This document shows positions 38,208 to 48,054 of a DNA stretch of 64,000 nt, in pieces. Source of the stretch: Anaerovoracaceae bacterium (GTDB lineage Bacteria > Bacillota > Clostridia > Peptostreptococcales > Anaerovoracaceae); NCBI GenBank assembly GCA_036657395.1, contig JAVXGM010000005.1, positions 25,702-89,701 of the forward strand, given 5' to 3'. Every line of letters starts with the position of its first letter. Position 1 is the stretch's first letter. The position numbers were made by a program, and so were the translations under genes. The notes under the pieces are model-generated. The model had not been told where the DNA came from. It ran no database searches and saw nothing but the letters and a program-made list of their open reading frames with translations.

Positions 38208-39715
38208 TAATCTTCCCTCCTGTAAAATTGATCCAAAGCTCTGTATTGTAAGGCTTCTGCTATATGTTCAATGGCGATTTCTTCCTTTTTATTAAGGTCA
38301 GCAATCGTCCTTGAGATTTTGATTATTTTGTAATATGTTCGCATTGATAGACTAAGCTTTTCATATGCTTGTCCTAAAAATGCTTTTTCCTCCTTACCTA
38401 ATGGACAAAAATATTTTATTTCTTTTGGCGATAACTGGCTATTAAAGCGAAGATTACCCCCCTTATACCTTTTTTCCTGCATCTGCCGTGCATCTGTCAC
38501 CTTGCTTCTCAGTTTCACAGATGACAGACAATCTTTGTCCCTTTGAATTTCTTCATAGGCCACAGGGAACACTTGTAAATGAAGGTCTATTCGATCCAAA
38601 AGCGGTCCGGAAAATCTTGACATATATGCAGAAATCTGTCCCGCTGAACAAGTACATTTATGGGTTTCATCCCCTAAATATCCACATTTACAAGGATTGG
38701 CTGCCGCCACCATCATAGTTTGGCAAGGAAATGTCACACTTCCTGAAGCTCGGTTAATAGTAATTTTCCCATCCTCACTAGGTTGCCTGAGAAGCTCTAA
38801 GGTTTTACTGTCAAACTGGCCAAATTCGTCTAAAAATAAAATACCATTGTGTGCTAGTGACACTTCTCCAGGCACCGGCTTTCGTCCACCTCCAATAAGA
38901 GCTACTTTAGAAATAGTATGGTGAGGCATACGAAAGGGTCGTGTCAAAACTCCACGACTACCTGGTGGTACAAGGCCACATATACTGTGAATCTTAGTAG
39001 TTTCTAGCATTTCCTCATATGACATTTCAGGCATTATAGATGGGAGCCTTTTAGCCATCATGGTTTTTCCGCATCCTGGGCTTCCCACGAGAAGTACTCC
39101 ATGTGTTCCTGCAGCGGCAACAGTTAAGGCTCTTTTCACATTTTCTTGGCCTACTACTTCTTCAAAATCCCTTCCATGTATTATACTTCCACAAATATCT
39201 CTTTGACTCTTATGTTTTTTATTTCTGTGATTTACCGCCTCTTTAAGAGTTTCCACAGGATACATTTCCATATTAGATAAAATTTCCACTTCGGGTAGAT
39301 TTCCCCTAGGCAAGACCAACCTTTTAATTCCTTTTTGCTGGAGACCAATGGCAATAGGCAATGCGCCTCTTATTGGTTTCACCTTTCCATCTAAAGAAAG
39401 TTCTCCTATAAATGCAGTTCCTTCCATGGTTTCTTTCCTGCTAAGGAGAATAATCCCCATTGCTATAGGCAGATCAAAATGGCTGCCTTCCTTAGGTCTT
39501 CCTGCCGGAGAAAGGTTGATTGTAATCCTTCGCCTTGGAAATATATATTCTGAGTTTAAAATTGCCGCTCTGATTCGTTCTCTTGCTTCTTTTATGGTAG
39601 TGTCTGCAAGTCCTACGATGGTTAGAGCCGGCAACCCTTGCTGCATGTCAGTTTCCACCGTAACAAGCTCTGCATCTATGCCCCAAAGGGAGCCTGTCAA
39701 AATCTTAGATAACAT
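38207..39715 (-). CDS. comM: YifB/ComM family Mg-chelatase-like ATPase
   Basis: Lon-like N-domain (FDLPIAMGIL). AAA+ motifs GSPGCGKTMMAKR and ILFLDEF. Zinc motif CKCGYLGDETHKCTC. Confidence 0.88.
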   Translation of the reverse strand: MLSKILTGSLWGIDAELVTVETDMQQGLPALTIVGLADTTIKEARERIRAAILNSEYIFPRRRITINLSPAGRPKEGSHFDLPIAMGIILLSRKETMEGTAFIGELSLDGKVKPIRGALPIAIGLQQKGIKRLVLPRGNLPEVEILSNMEMYPVETLKEAVNHRNKKHKSQRDICGSIIHGRDFEEVVGQENVKRALTVAAAGTHGVLLVGSPGCGKTMMAKRLPSIMPEMSYEEMLETTKIHSICGLVPPGSRGVLTRPFRMPHHTISKVALIGGGRKPVPGEVSLAHNGILFLDEFGQFDSKTLELLRQPSEDGKITINRASGSVTFPCQTMMVAAANPCKCGYLGDETHKCTCSAGQISAYMSRFSGPLLDRIDLHLQVFPVAYEEIQRDKDCLSSVKLRSKVTDARQMQEKRYKGGNLRFNSQLSPKEIKYFCPLGKEEKAFLGQAYEKLSLSMRTYYKIIKISRTIADLNKKEEIAIEHIAEALQYRALDQFYRRED

Positions 39716-39730
39716 TCTCTTTCTCCTTTG

Positions 39731-40069
39731 CTAAAACGCATCGCAAATATGATTTATGACAATTTCAATCACGTCAAACTGTAAATTCTGCGGCCTAATG
39801 CCCCCTTTTGGTTTGCTGCTTAAGTAGTATTGGGCTGCTGTTTTCAAGTGGCTCTGCTTGAATGGCGTCACACTTTCTCCAGGTGTTCCATATATATTTG
39901 TTCTGCGAGTCTTGACTTCCACAAATGCCAGGTTATATCCTTTCATTGCAATAATGTCTATTTCCCCTGCCCTACATCTAAAATTCCTGCACAAAATTTG
40001 ATAGCCATCCCCCTTTAAATATTCTGCTGCTGTATTCTCTCCTAATTTCCCAATTCTTTTATTATCCAT
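39731..40069 (-). CDS. yraN: YraN family (UPF0102) endonuclease-like protein
   Basis: Motifs GENTAAEYL...GYQIL.RNFRC..GEIDIIA......FVEVKTR. Confidence 0.85.
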   Translation of the reverse strand: MDNKRIGKLGENTAAEYLKGDGYQILCRNFRCRAGEIDIIAMKGYNLAFVEVKTRRTNIYGTPGESVTPFKQSHLKTAAQYYLSSKPKGGIRPQNLQFDVIEIVINHICDAF

Positions 40070-40097
40070 TATTTACCTCTTTCTATTGATTGGTAAT

Positions 40098-40126
40098 ATT
40101 TTACATTTATATCCTTTATTTGTCAA
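40098..40126 (-). promoter_or_regulatory. sigma-A promoter for yraN-comM-dprA...
   Basis: Minus strand reads TTGACA-17 nt-TAAAAT, about 28 nt upstream of the yraN ATG. Confidence 0.65.
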
Positions 40127-40154
40127 GAACTTAAGCTGTAAATTTGCTTTTTGC

Positions 40155-40190
40155 ACAAAAAAATGAGGTAGACAATTTCCTCTACCTCAC
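40155..40190 (-). terminator. rho-independent terminator after the Cof-type phosphatase gene
   Basis: Minus strand: TGAGGTAGA-(8-nt loop)-TCTACCTCA (9 bp), followed by TTTTTTTGT. Confidence 0.8.
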
Positions 40191-40208
40191 ACTATTAGCT
40201 AACAAATA

Positions 40209-41030
40209 CTATAGCACAAACTTATTTACGGCCACGGCCACTCCATCCTCTTCATTTGATGTGGTCACAAAGGCTGCGATTTTTTTTACCTCGTCTTTAG
40301 CATTTAAAACCGCCACAGGCAGACCCGCCATCTCCATCATAGCTATATCGTTTGGACTGTCGCCCACCGCCATCATCTCTTTATGAGTCACCTTTAAAAT
40401 CTCGCCCAAATGTGACAAGGCATCAGCTTTGCTAGTGGTCGCTCCTCCGATTTCTAAGTTGTGATCAAATGAAGAGGTTACCGTTGTATGGGGGATATTC
40501 CCCAAAAGACCCTTCATCATTGCTTTGTCTTTTTGATCCTTAAAATTCACGTTAATATTCTCTATCACACTTTTGTTTTCCAGTATAAAGTCGTAAAGAC
40601 CCTTTAGAGGCCTTCTAGTGTTCAAAACGTAATCCACATGGCGATAGCTTTTCCTGGTTTTTTTCATGTCCTCATAAATGGCCTCTTCAATATATGCATA
40701 TCCATCTACAAATGTCTCAATCATAAATGGCCATTTTCTTAGTATTGAAACCGTTTCTTCCACTGCCTCAGGGTGAATATAGTTCTCGTAAATAGGCTTT
40801 TTCATCTGTAAGTCAGTAATTACCGCTCCATTTGAAGTAATCACATAATGTATTCCTTTTAAATCAAAGACGTCATCAGGAAGAGCTGAAAAAGTCCTTC
40901 CCGTAGCAATTACAACGTTAACGCCTCTGCCCATGGCCTCTTCTAAGGCCGCTTTGTTTACCAGGCTAATCCTTTTAATGTCTGTAAGTGTTGTGCCATC
41001 TAGATCTAAGGCAATTAGTTTAATAGCCAT
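40209..41030 (-). CDS. Cof-type HAD-IIB family phosphatase
   Basis: Motifs LIALDLDGTTL, ATGR, and GDSPNDIAMMEMAG. Confidence 0.85.
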   Translation of the reverse strand: MAIKLIALDLDGTTLTDIKRISLVNKAALEEAMGRGVNVVIATGRTFSALPDDVFDLKGIHYVITSNGAVITDLQMKKPIYENYIHPEAVEETVSILRKWPFMIETFVDGYAYIEEAIYEDMKKTRKSYRHVDYVLNTRRPLKGLYDFILENKSVIENINVNFKDQKDKAMMKGLLGNIPHTTVTSSFDHNLEIGGATTSKADALSHLGEILKVTHKEMMAVGDSPNDIAMMEMAGLPVAVLNAKDEVKKIAAFVTTSNEEDGVAVAVNKFVL

Positions 41031-41032
41031 AA

Positions 41033-41629
41033 TTATTTTCCTTCCATTATTTTTAAAAACTCTTGGTTAATCTTTCTCACTTTTTTCATGTTGCATCCAT
41101 CTCCATGGCCTGGGTAAATGAAAATTTCATTGCTCCACTTATCTACAACGTTTAAAATTGAATTGACCATCATCTGCTCAGACCCGTCTTCTAAATCAGT
41201 CCTTCCTAAATCTACATTGAAAATCGTGTCACCAGTAAATACAAGCTTTGATTTTTCCGAATAAAAACATACCCCTCCCATTGTGTGGCCTGGTGTATGA
41301 ATAACCTTAATTTCCTCATCACCTAAAAGGATAATATCTCCGTCTTCCATTGTTACATCTATCTCATCTTTGTATTGATCCATATCCTCTCGATGCAAAT
41401 ATACAGGGCAGTCAGTTTCGTTTCTGATTTTTTTAACCGCTCCCACGTGATCATAGTGGTGATGGGTAAGTAATATCCCATTCAGTTTTAATTTGTTTTT
41501 TTTCACGAAATCCATAAATTTTCCTGCTTCATATCCAGGGTCAATAATATAGCAATCCCCTTCTAGTTTATTGTAAATTATGTAGCCATTACTCTCCAAT
41601 AGCCCACCTATAAATCGTTTCATTTTCAT
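41033..41629 (-). CDS. MBL-fold metallo-hydrolase (glyoxalase II-like)
   Basis: HHHYDH motif (LTHHHYDHVG), plus HTPGHT and the later motif PGHG. ATG 41629 lies after GAGGAAG. The track's extension to 41683 lacks an SD. Confidence 0.82.
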   Translation of the reverse strand: MKMKRFIGGLLESNGYIIYNKLEGDCYIIDPGYEAGKFMDFVKKNKLKLNGILLTHHHYDHVGAVKKIRNETDCPVYLHREDMDQYKDEIDVTMEDGDIILLGDEEIKVIHTPGHTMGGVCFYSEKSKLVFTGDTIFNVDLGRTDLEDGSEQMMVNSILNVVDKWSNEIFIYPGHGDGCNMKKVRKINQEFLKIMEGK

Positions 41630-41699
41630 CTGTCTTCCTCTTTCTTTTATTGTCTTTATAGTTGTTTCAGTATATTTTTCCACATCTTACAAATATATA

Positions 41700-41727
41700 T
41701 TGAATATGTATGAGTAAGTGGTACAAT
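41700..41727 (+). promoter_or_regulatory. sigma-A promoter for trkA-trkH-trkH
   Basis: Plus strand reads TTGAAT-16 nt-TACAAT with an extended -10 (TGgTACAAT), about 70 nt upstream of the trkA ATG. Confidence 0.6.
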
Positions 41728-41798
41728 AGTACTAATATTGTTAAATTTTCGGATAACATATATACTATATAATACACGAAAAGAGAAGGTAAATAAAC

Positions 41799-43169
41799 AT
41801 GAATATTGTAATTGTTGGCGCAGGTAAATTAGGACAAAAAGTAACAGATGCCTTGCTTGGAGGAGATCATTCTATTACAATTATTGATATTGATGAGGAT
41901 ATACTTGAAAAGTTAAGTTCTCAGATGGATATAATGACAGTAAATGCCAACGGTAAAGAGACAAAAGTTCTTAAAAGAATAGATATTGCTGCTTATGATT
42001 ATCTTGTTGCTGTGACTGGTAGTGATGAAGAGAATATAGTTATTGCATCCTTTGCAAAAAAACTAGGTTGCCCCAAGGTAATCGCTCGTGTCCGAGACCC
42101 TGAGCATATGGAGCAACTGGCTTTTATTCGTGATACTATGGACATTGACTATATCGTAAATCCAGACCTTGCTATTACAGTAGAAATTTATAAATACTTG
42201 GCAGAAAAGTACACCTTAAGTAACGGGATTTATTCTAGTGGTAAGGTATCACTTTTAGAATTTGGTGCCAAAAAAACGCCTAGTTTGGTTGGCCTAGAAA
42301 TATCTCAAATCAGCTCTATTCTTGACAATATGCTAGTAGTTGCCTTATCTAGAAACGGTAAGATAATTATCCCCCACGGTGATACTGTCATCCATGAAAC
42401 TGATGGAGTCTATATCGTAGGAGAAAAAGGGCCAATTTTAGCATTAAATGATCAGGTTCACGAAAAAGGAAAATACACTGATTTGCAAAAAGTAATGATT
42501 GTTGGCGGCGGTAAAACCGGCCTATATCTTGCCAGAAAGCTTGTAGACTTTGGTGCTGCTGTAAAAATCATCGAAATCAATAAAGAACGTTGCCACTACC
42601 TTTCTACACATCTTGAAGGTGTTATGATTCTTCACGGAGATGCTACAGATTTAAGTCTCCTGGAAGAAGAAAACTTAGATGAAATGGATGCGGTAGTTAC
42701 CACTACTGGCTTTGATGAAGAAAATCTACTTTTGGCACTTATGGCTAAGAGACATGGTATTGAAGATGTAATCGCCAAAGTCAGTCGAAAAAGTTATTCT
42801 GAGCTAATTGAAAGCATGGGCATTGACATGGCCTTAAATCCACTTGATATTACTGCTAGTAATATTCTTCGTTTTGTACAAGGGTCAAAACGTGTGCTTT
42901 CTTCCCTGTTAATTCAAGGGCAGGCAGAGATTATGGAAGTTGTAGCATCTCGAAATATGAAACTTCTCAACAAGCCTCTTCTAGAGCTTGATTTACCTGA
43001 AGGTGCCATTATTGCTGCTATTCACCGTGGTCTTGAGGTTATCATTCCTACGGGAGAAACCATAATCAAAGAAAATGACCGTGTACTTATCTTTGGCTTG
43101 CTTACAGAGTTGCCAAGTATTGAAAAACTTCTTCGTATTTCTGGAAAGTTGTCTTTTAGGAAAAAGTAA
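41799..43169 (+). CDS. trkA: Trk potassium uptake system NAD-binding protein TrkA (double RCK)
   Basis: Two Rossmann GxGxxG motifs (IVGAGKLG, IVGGGKTG), each followed by an RCK_C segment. 456 aa. Confidence 0.9.
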   Translation: MNIVIVGAGKLGQKVTDALLGGDHSITIIDIDEDILEKLSSQMDIMTVNANGKETKVLKRIDIAAYDYLVAVTGSDEENIVIASFAKKLGCPKVIARVRDPEHMEQLAFIRDTMDIDYIVNPDLAITVEIYKYLAEKYTLSNGIYSSGKVSLLEFGAKKTPSLVGLEISQISSILDNMLVVALSRNGKIIIPHGDTVIHETDGVYIVGEKGPILALNDQVHEKGKYTDLQKVMIVGGGKTGLYLARKLVDFGAAVKIIEINKERCHYLSTHLEGVMILHGDATDLSLLEEENLDEMDAVVTTTGFDEENLLLALMAKRHGIEDVIAKVSRKSYSELIESMGIDMALNPLDITASNILRFVQGSKRVLSSLLIQGQAEIMEVVASRNMKLLNKPLLELDLPEGAIIAAIHRGLEVIIPTGETIIKENDRVLIFGLLTELPSIEKLLRISGKLSFRKK

Positions 43170-43184
43170 GGGTGTGTCTTAATA

Positions 43185-44648
43185 ATGAACTTAAGTATAA
43201 GCTCTGTTTTTAGGGTTGTCGGCCTAGTACTAGTAGTCATTGGCCTATCTATGATACCATCAGCTATAGTAGCAGTTATTTACCATGAACACTCTGCTCT
43301 TTTAGTATTTTTAGTTACAATATTTTTCTCAATTCTAGTCGGCTTAGTGCTTATGAAATACTGTAACCAACATAATGCAAATCTAAAGGTTCGTGACGGA
43401 TTTCTCATCGTTACCTTATGTTGGATTCTTTCTGCCGCTTTAGGTGCAATTCCCTTTGTATTATCAGGAAGTATCCCAAGCGTAGTAGATGCTTTTTTTG
43501 AGTCCTGTTCTGGATTTTCCACTACAGGCTCTTCTATTCTCACCGATGTAGAAAGTCTGCCAAAGAGCATATTGTTCTGGCGTTCTTTTACTCACTGGAT
43601 TGGTGGTATGGGAATTTTAATCTTTGCCATTGCCCTGATGCCTTCTCTTGGAATTAGCGGTCAAAATGTAGCTATCTCTGAAACCCCTGGGCCAACACTT
43701 GATAAAGTCACGCCAAAGATGTCAGATACGGCCAAAGTCTTGTATATAACTTACCTTTTGTTTACTATTGTTGAAACCATTCTCCTGTGTATGGGTGGAA
43801 TGAGCCTTTTTGATTCTCTAGTCCATACTTTTGGTTCTGTGGGAACTGGAGGATTTTCCACCTATAACACTAGTGTCGCTCATTTTGACAGCGCTTACAT
43901 CGATGGTGTGATAACCGCCTTTATGATTCTTTCTGGTGTCAATTTTAACCTTTACTACCTGTCACTTCACCATGGCATTAAACAGCTGGTTAAAGATGCG
44001 GAATTCAGATTTTATCTGCTTATTATAAGTGGTTCAACAATTTTAATTGCCACCAATCTATTTCTAACCCATTACTATGACTCTATAGGAAATAGTTTTC
44101 GATATGCTGTTTTCCAGGTTGGTTCGCTGATTACAACTACAGGATATGCTACAACAGATTTTGATTTATGGCCCACTTTTTCCAAAATGGTTCTTATTAT
44201 CATCATGTTTGTGGGTGGGTGCTCCGCTTCCACCGGTGGTGGAATTAAAGTTATTCGTGTCTTGATATTGCTGAAATTAATTAAACGAGGCCTAGCTATG
44301 AGACTTCATCCTAATGCAGTAGTTTCTGTAAAATTAAATAATAAGACCATTACTGGAGATACGGTTTCTGCCATTGCAAATCATGCATTTTTATACTTTT
44401 TTATCTTGTTTATTTCGACTATACTTATTTCTTTAAATAATTTTGATATTATTACTAGCTTTACATCAGTAATTACCTGCCTTGGAAACATTGGCCCTGG
44501 CTTTGGGCTAGTAGGCCCTACACTAAACTTTAGTATTTATTCAGAACCTGCAAAAATTCTTCTCTCCATCCTTATGCTTGCTGGACGATTAGAACTATTC
44601 ACCCTATTTATTTTGTTAACCCCAAGGTTTTGGAACCCAAACCATTAA
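43185..44648 (+). CDS. trkH: Trk-type K+ transporter membrane subunit TrkH (copy 1)
   Basis: Polytopic. Selectivity-filter-like repeats SGFSTTG, GTGGFS, TTTGYAT, STGGGIK. Confidence 0.9.
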   Translation: MNLSISSVFRVVGLVLVVIGLSMIPSAIVAVIYHEHSALLVFLVTIFFSILVGLVLMKYCNQHNANLKVRDGFLIVTLCWILSAALGAIPFVLSGSIPSVVDAFFESCSGFSTTGSSILTDVESLPKSILFWRSFTHWIGGMGILIFAIALMPSLGISGQNVAISETPGPTLDKVTPKMSDTAKVLYITYLLFTIVETILLCMGGMSLFDSLVHTFGSVGTGGFSTYNTSVAHFDSAYIDGVITAFMILSGVNFNLYYLSLHHGIKQLVKDAEFRFYLLIISGSTILIATNLFLTHYYDSIGNSFRYAVFQVGSLITTTGYATTDFDLWPTFSKMVLIIIMFVGGCSASTGGGIKVIRVLILLKLIKRGLAMRLHPNAVVSVKLNNKTITGDTVSAIANHAFLYFFILFISTILISLNNFDIITSFTSVITCLGNIGPGFGLVGPTLNFSIYSEPAKILLSILMLAGRLELFTLFILLTPRFWNPNH

Positions 44649-44666
44649 GTAAGAGGAATTTATGTT

Positions 44667-46139
44667 ATGACAAATATTACATTTAATTATCGAGTAATAG
44701 GGAAAATATTAGGATTGATTACCTTGATCACTGGCATCTCCATGTTGCCAGCTTTAGCTTGTGCCAACATATACAAAGAAACCTCTGTGGCTCATGGTCT
44801 GTTTCTTTCCTCAATTTTTACAATGCTCATTGGCATGACCCTTTTCATTTCATTTGATAGTAGCAAAGCCAAATTCCGCCCTAGAGAAGGGTATATGATC
44901 GTAGCCTTTTCTTGGATACTAGTATCTATCTTCGGAGCATTGCCATACTATTTATCTGGATTCACCGATTCTATAGCAAATGCATTTTTTGAATCTACTG
45001 CTGGTTTTACAACTACAGGCTGTACGGTAACTGGCGAAAGCATCATGCCTAAAAGCCTTTTACTTTGGAAGGCTATATCCCACTGGCTTGGAGGTATGGG
45101 AATCCTTGTCTTTGCAGTCTCCATTCTCTCAGCCTTAGGTGTAAATGGGCGAACTATTGCAAGAGCTGAAACTCCAGGTCCGGTTTTACAAAAAATGGCT
45201 GTGCACATGAGCGATTCAGCAAAAATTCTATATCTAATGTATTTTTCCTTTACCGTCCTTGAATTTATTCTTTTAACTGCCAGCCCAAAAATGGGGACGT
45301 TTGATGCTATCATAAATACAATGGGCAGTATTAGTACTGCTGGACTAAGTGCCCATCCCAATGGAATAGGTCATTATGACAGCGTTTATATAGAAATAAT
45401 TATCAGCTGCTTTACAGTCCTTGCTTCATTGAATTTCGTCCTTTATTACTATATGTTTAAACGGAAGTTTGGAGAGGTCTTTGCCGATGTTGAACTTCGC
45501 AGTTTCCTTCGTATTTTAATCGTCGGTATACTAATATGTGCTGCTGGACTTTATTTTCAGGGGGATTACACATCATTTCCAATGGCTCTTCGTGATGCAA
45601 GTTTTCAGATAGTAAGTTTTGGAACCACTTCTGGCTACGCTAGCGTCAACTATGTAACCTGGCCTAGTATATGTAAATTAATCATGTTCACCATGTTCTT
45701 TATAGGTGGCTGTTCGGCATCTACTTGTGGCTCTATTAAGGTCATTCGTGTGCTGGTTTTTTTCAAACTGATCTGGAGAGGCTTTTACAGGCGAATTCAT
45801 CCTCGCTCCGTAGTAGCTGTAAAGCTGCAAGGAAAAGCGGTTCCCGCACCTATAGTATCTGCTATAACCGTATTTATTTTGATGTATATGACGCTGTTTT
45901 TGTTTTCATGCCTAGTCTTGTCCCTTCAAAATTTAGACCTTGAAACCACCGTAAGCAGTGCAGCTGCAATGCTTTCAAATACAGGACTCGCATTTGGGCA
46001 AATAGGCGCCTCCGCTAATTATGGGCTGTATTCAGCTCCACTAAAGGTATATCTATCTTTTCTCATGATTGTTGGTAGATTGGAACTCTTCACCATCATC
46101 ATTCTTTTCACCCGTAATTTCTGGGGGAAAAGCCGATAA
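44667..46139 (+). CDS. trkH: Trk-type K+ transporter membrane subunit TrkH (copy 2, divergent paralog)
   Basis: Same architecture as copy 1, but with altered pore-loop motifs (AGFTTTG, ISTAGLS, GTTSGYAS, STCGSIK). Confidence 0.88.
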   Translation: MTNITFNYRVIGKILGLITLITGISMLPALACANIYKETSVAHGLFLSSIFTMLIGMTLFISFDSSKAKFRPREGYMIVAFSWILVSIFGALPYYLSGFTDSIANAFFESTAGFTTTGCTVTGESIMPKSLLLWKAISHWLGGMGILVFAVSILSALGVNGRTIARAETPGPVLQKMAVHMSDSAKILYLMYFSFTVLEFILLTASPKMGTFDAIINTMGSISTAGLSAHPNGIGHYDSVYIEIIISCFTVLASLNFVLYYYMFKRKFGEVFADVELRSFLRILIVGILICAAGLYFQGDYTSFPMALRDASFQIVSFGTTSGYASVNYVTWPSICKLIMFTMFFIGGCSASTCGSIKVIRVLVFFKLIWRGFYRRIHPRSVVAVKLQGKAVPAPIVSAITVFILMYMTLFLFSCLVLSLQNLDLETTVSSAAAMLSNTGLAFGQIGASANYGLYSAPLKVYLSFLMIVGRLELFTIIILFTRNFWGKSR

Positions 46140-46220
46140 GTATAACTTAACATTTCTCAGGGCAATCTAAATCAAGGTTGCTCTTTTTATTGAGCGATAA
46201 AAAGAAATGGAGGAAAAATA

Positions 46221-46658
46221 ATGATTGTAAAAGAGTTAATGAGCACCAGTATTAACTGTTGCCGAGAAGATTCTTCTCTAGAGCACATTGCTGCTGAGAT
46301 GAAGTCAGAAAACATAGGTATTATTCCTATTTGTAATGATAGAGGCGAGGTTTTAGGGATTGTAACCGATAGGGATTTAGTACTTCGCAGCTTGTGTCGT
46401 GAGGGAAAAGGATGGGGTGAGAATCTTTCCGCCAAGGATGTTATGTCTACAAATTTGGTGTTTGCCTCCCCAAACATGAATACCCACCATGCTGCTTTGC
46501 TCTTGGCTAAATACCAAGTGCGGCGTCTTCCTGTAACAGAAAACAACAAGCTGGTGGGTATGTTATCTATGGCTGATATTGCACGAAAAACCGCATATAT
46601 TGACGAGGCAGGAGATGCCCTATCCTCAATCTGTGCTGTAACCCATTCTGCTAAGTAA
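46221..46658 (+). CDS. CBS-domain pair protein
   Basis: 145 aa with two CBS repeats (VKELMST...IGIIPICND.GEVLGIVTDRD and AKDVMST...VRRLPVTENNKLVGMLSMADI). GGAGG SD. Confidence 0.85.
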   Translation: MIVKELMSTSINCCREDSSLEHIAAEMKSENIGIIPICNDRGEVLGIVTDRDLVLRSLCREGKGWGENLSAKDVMSTNLVFASPNMNTHHAALLLAKYQVRRLPVTENNKLVGMLSMADIARKTAYIDEAGDALSSICAVTHSAK

Positions 46659-46662
46659 TATG

Positions 46663-48054
46663 CTAATGGGTAAATCCGTATATACCTTTTTCAGTTTTCT
46701 CAGTGTCACATATGATTCGAGCATTATCTAACTCATCTATGGATCTTTTAAAATCTTCAATGAAGTTTTTTCCCATTTCTCGATTTAGATCTGCTCGAAT
46801 TACTACTCGCTGCACTATAACTGCTTTAATATTCTCTGGAAGTGGATATGCAGGAACCTGCCAACCCCTCATTCGAATTCGATCTGCAAGATCGTAAAGA
46901 TTCCATTTCCTATCTTTATCTTCTTTCAAGCTCCAACATACTATAGGAAGTTCCTTTCCGTCATTATGCAGCTTGAAAAGCCCTGTATCTTCTAATTCCT
47001 TGGCAATATTTTTTGCAATCCCACTTGTTTTTTCATGAATTGCACGGTATCCGTCAAATCCAAACCTTGTAAAATTATAATATTGACCAATAATTGGGCT
47101 TGCAGACCTGGAGAAATTTAAAGCCATGGTAGGCATGCTGCCACCTAAATAGCTTACCTCAAAAATCAATTCCTCTGGCAGGAATTTCTTATCTCTCCAA
47201 ACGACCCATCCGATCCCCGGATATACTAGTCCATATTTATGTCCAGATGTATTGATGGAGACTACGTTCTTCAAGCGAAAGTCCCATAATTTTTCTGGAT
47301 TCACAAAAGGGGTAAACATCCCACCAGAAGCACCATCTACATGTATATACACTTTAAATTCCGTTTTCTGATTGTAGGATTCCACCAAGTCATTAAGTCC
47401 TCTTATATCGTCTAATTTACCTGTGTATGTAATCCCTAGTATTCCTACAATACCAATCGTATACTCGTCCACGTAATCCATTACCTCATCCAGGTTTAAA
47501 CTAAGGTTATCCTCGTCCATAGGCACAGCTCGAAGTTCAGCGTCCCAGTAAACGCAGAATTTTTCCCAACAGATTTGATACCCTGAGGAAATCACCAAGT
47601 TAGGCTTTTTCATATTTATATCAAGACCCTGCTTCAAAGCGTTTTCTCGCCAACGAAATTTCATAGCCAAGCCGCTTAGCATGCCTGCCTCTGAGGATCC
47701 AACAGTAGACGTTCCTGTAAACTCCTCCCCTTCTTGAGCATTCCAAAGGTCTGCAATGATATTTACACACCGCTGTTCAAGACGGGCAGTCTGTGGATAT
47801 TCGGATTTATCTATAGAATTTTTTTCTAAAGTCTCGGACATTAACCTAACTGCGTTAGGTTCCATAAAAGTCTGACAAAATGTGGCTAGGTTTTGTCTTG
47901 CCACTCCTTCATCTAAAAGTTCATCCTTGACTAATCGATAAGATGCCTCCGGTGTAATTGGGTTTTTTCTCAACTTGTCTGTAGGCAATATATCCTCTAA
48001 AACCCCTGTCCCATATTCAGGGAAAGCTGTAATATAATCTGATATTTTACTCAT
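46663..48054 (-). CDS. gad: glutamate decarboxylase (PLP-dependent)
   Basis: Group II decarboxylase. Motifs NLATFCQTFMEP and SINTSGHKYGLVYPGIGW (PLP-Lys). Overall similarity to GadA/GadB. ATG 48054 (GGAGG SD) lies 8 nt inside the rnr 3' end. Confidence 0.88.
   Translation of the reverse strand: MSKISDYITAFPEYGTGVLEDILPTDKLRKNPITPEASYRLVKDELLDEGVARQNLATFCQTFMEPNAVRLMSETLEKNSIDKSEYPQTARLEQRCVNIIADLWNAQEGEEFTGTSTVGSSEAGMLSGLAMKFRWRENALKQGLDINMKKPNLVISSGYQICWEKFCVYWDAELRAVPMDEDNLSLNLDEVMDYVDEYTIGIVGILGITYTGKLDDIRGLNDLVESYNQKTEFKVYIHVDGASGGMFTPFVNPEKLWDFRLKNVVSINTSGHKYGLVYPGIGWVVWRDKKFLPEELIFEVSYLGGSMPTMALNFSRSASPIIGQYYNFTRFGFDGYRAIHEKTSGIAKNIAKELEDTGLFKLHNDGKELPIVCWSLKEDKDRKWNLYDLADRIRMRGWQVPAYPLPENIKAVIVQRVVIRADLNREMGKNFIEDFKRSIDELDNARIICDTEKTEKGIYGFTH

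Noticed and set aside
41684-41798. Looked for a c-di-AMP (ydaO/kimA-type) riboswitch upstream of trkA.
   Set aside because: The leader is only ~70 nt after the predicted -10, is extremely AT-rich, and lacks the pseudo-symmetric GC-containing helices of that motif.
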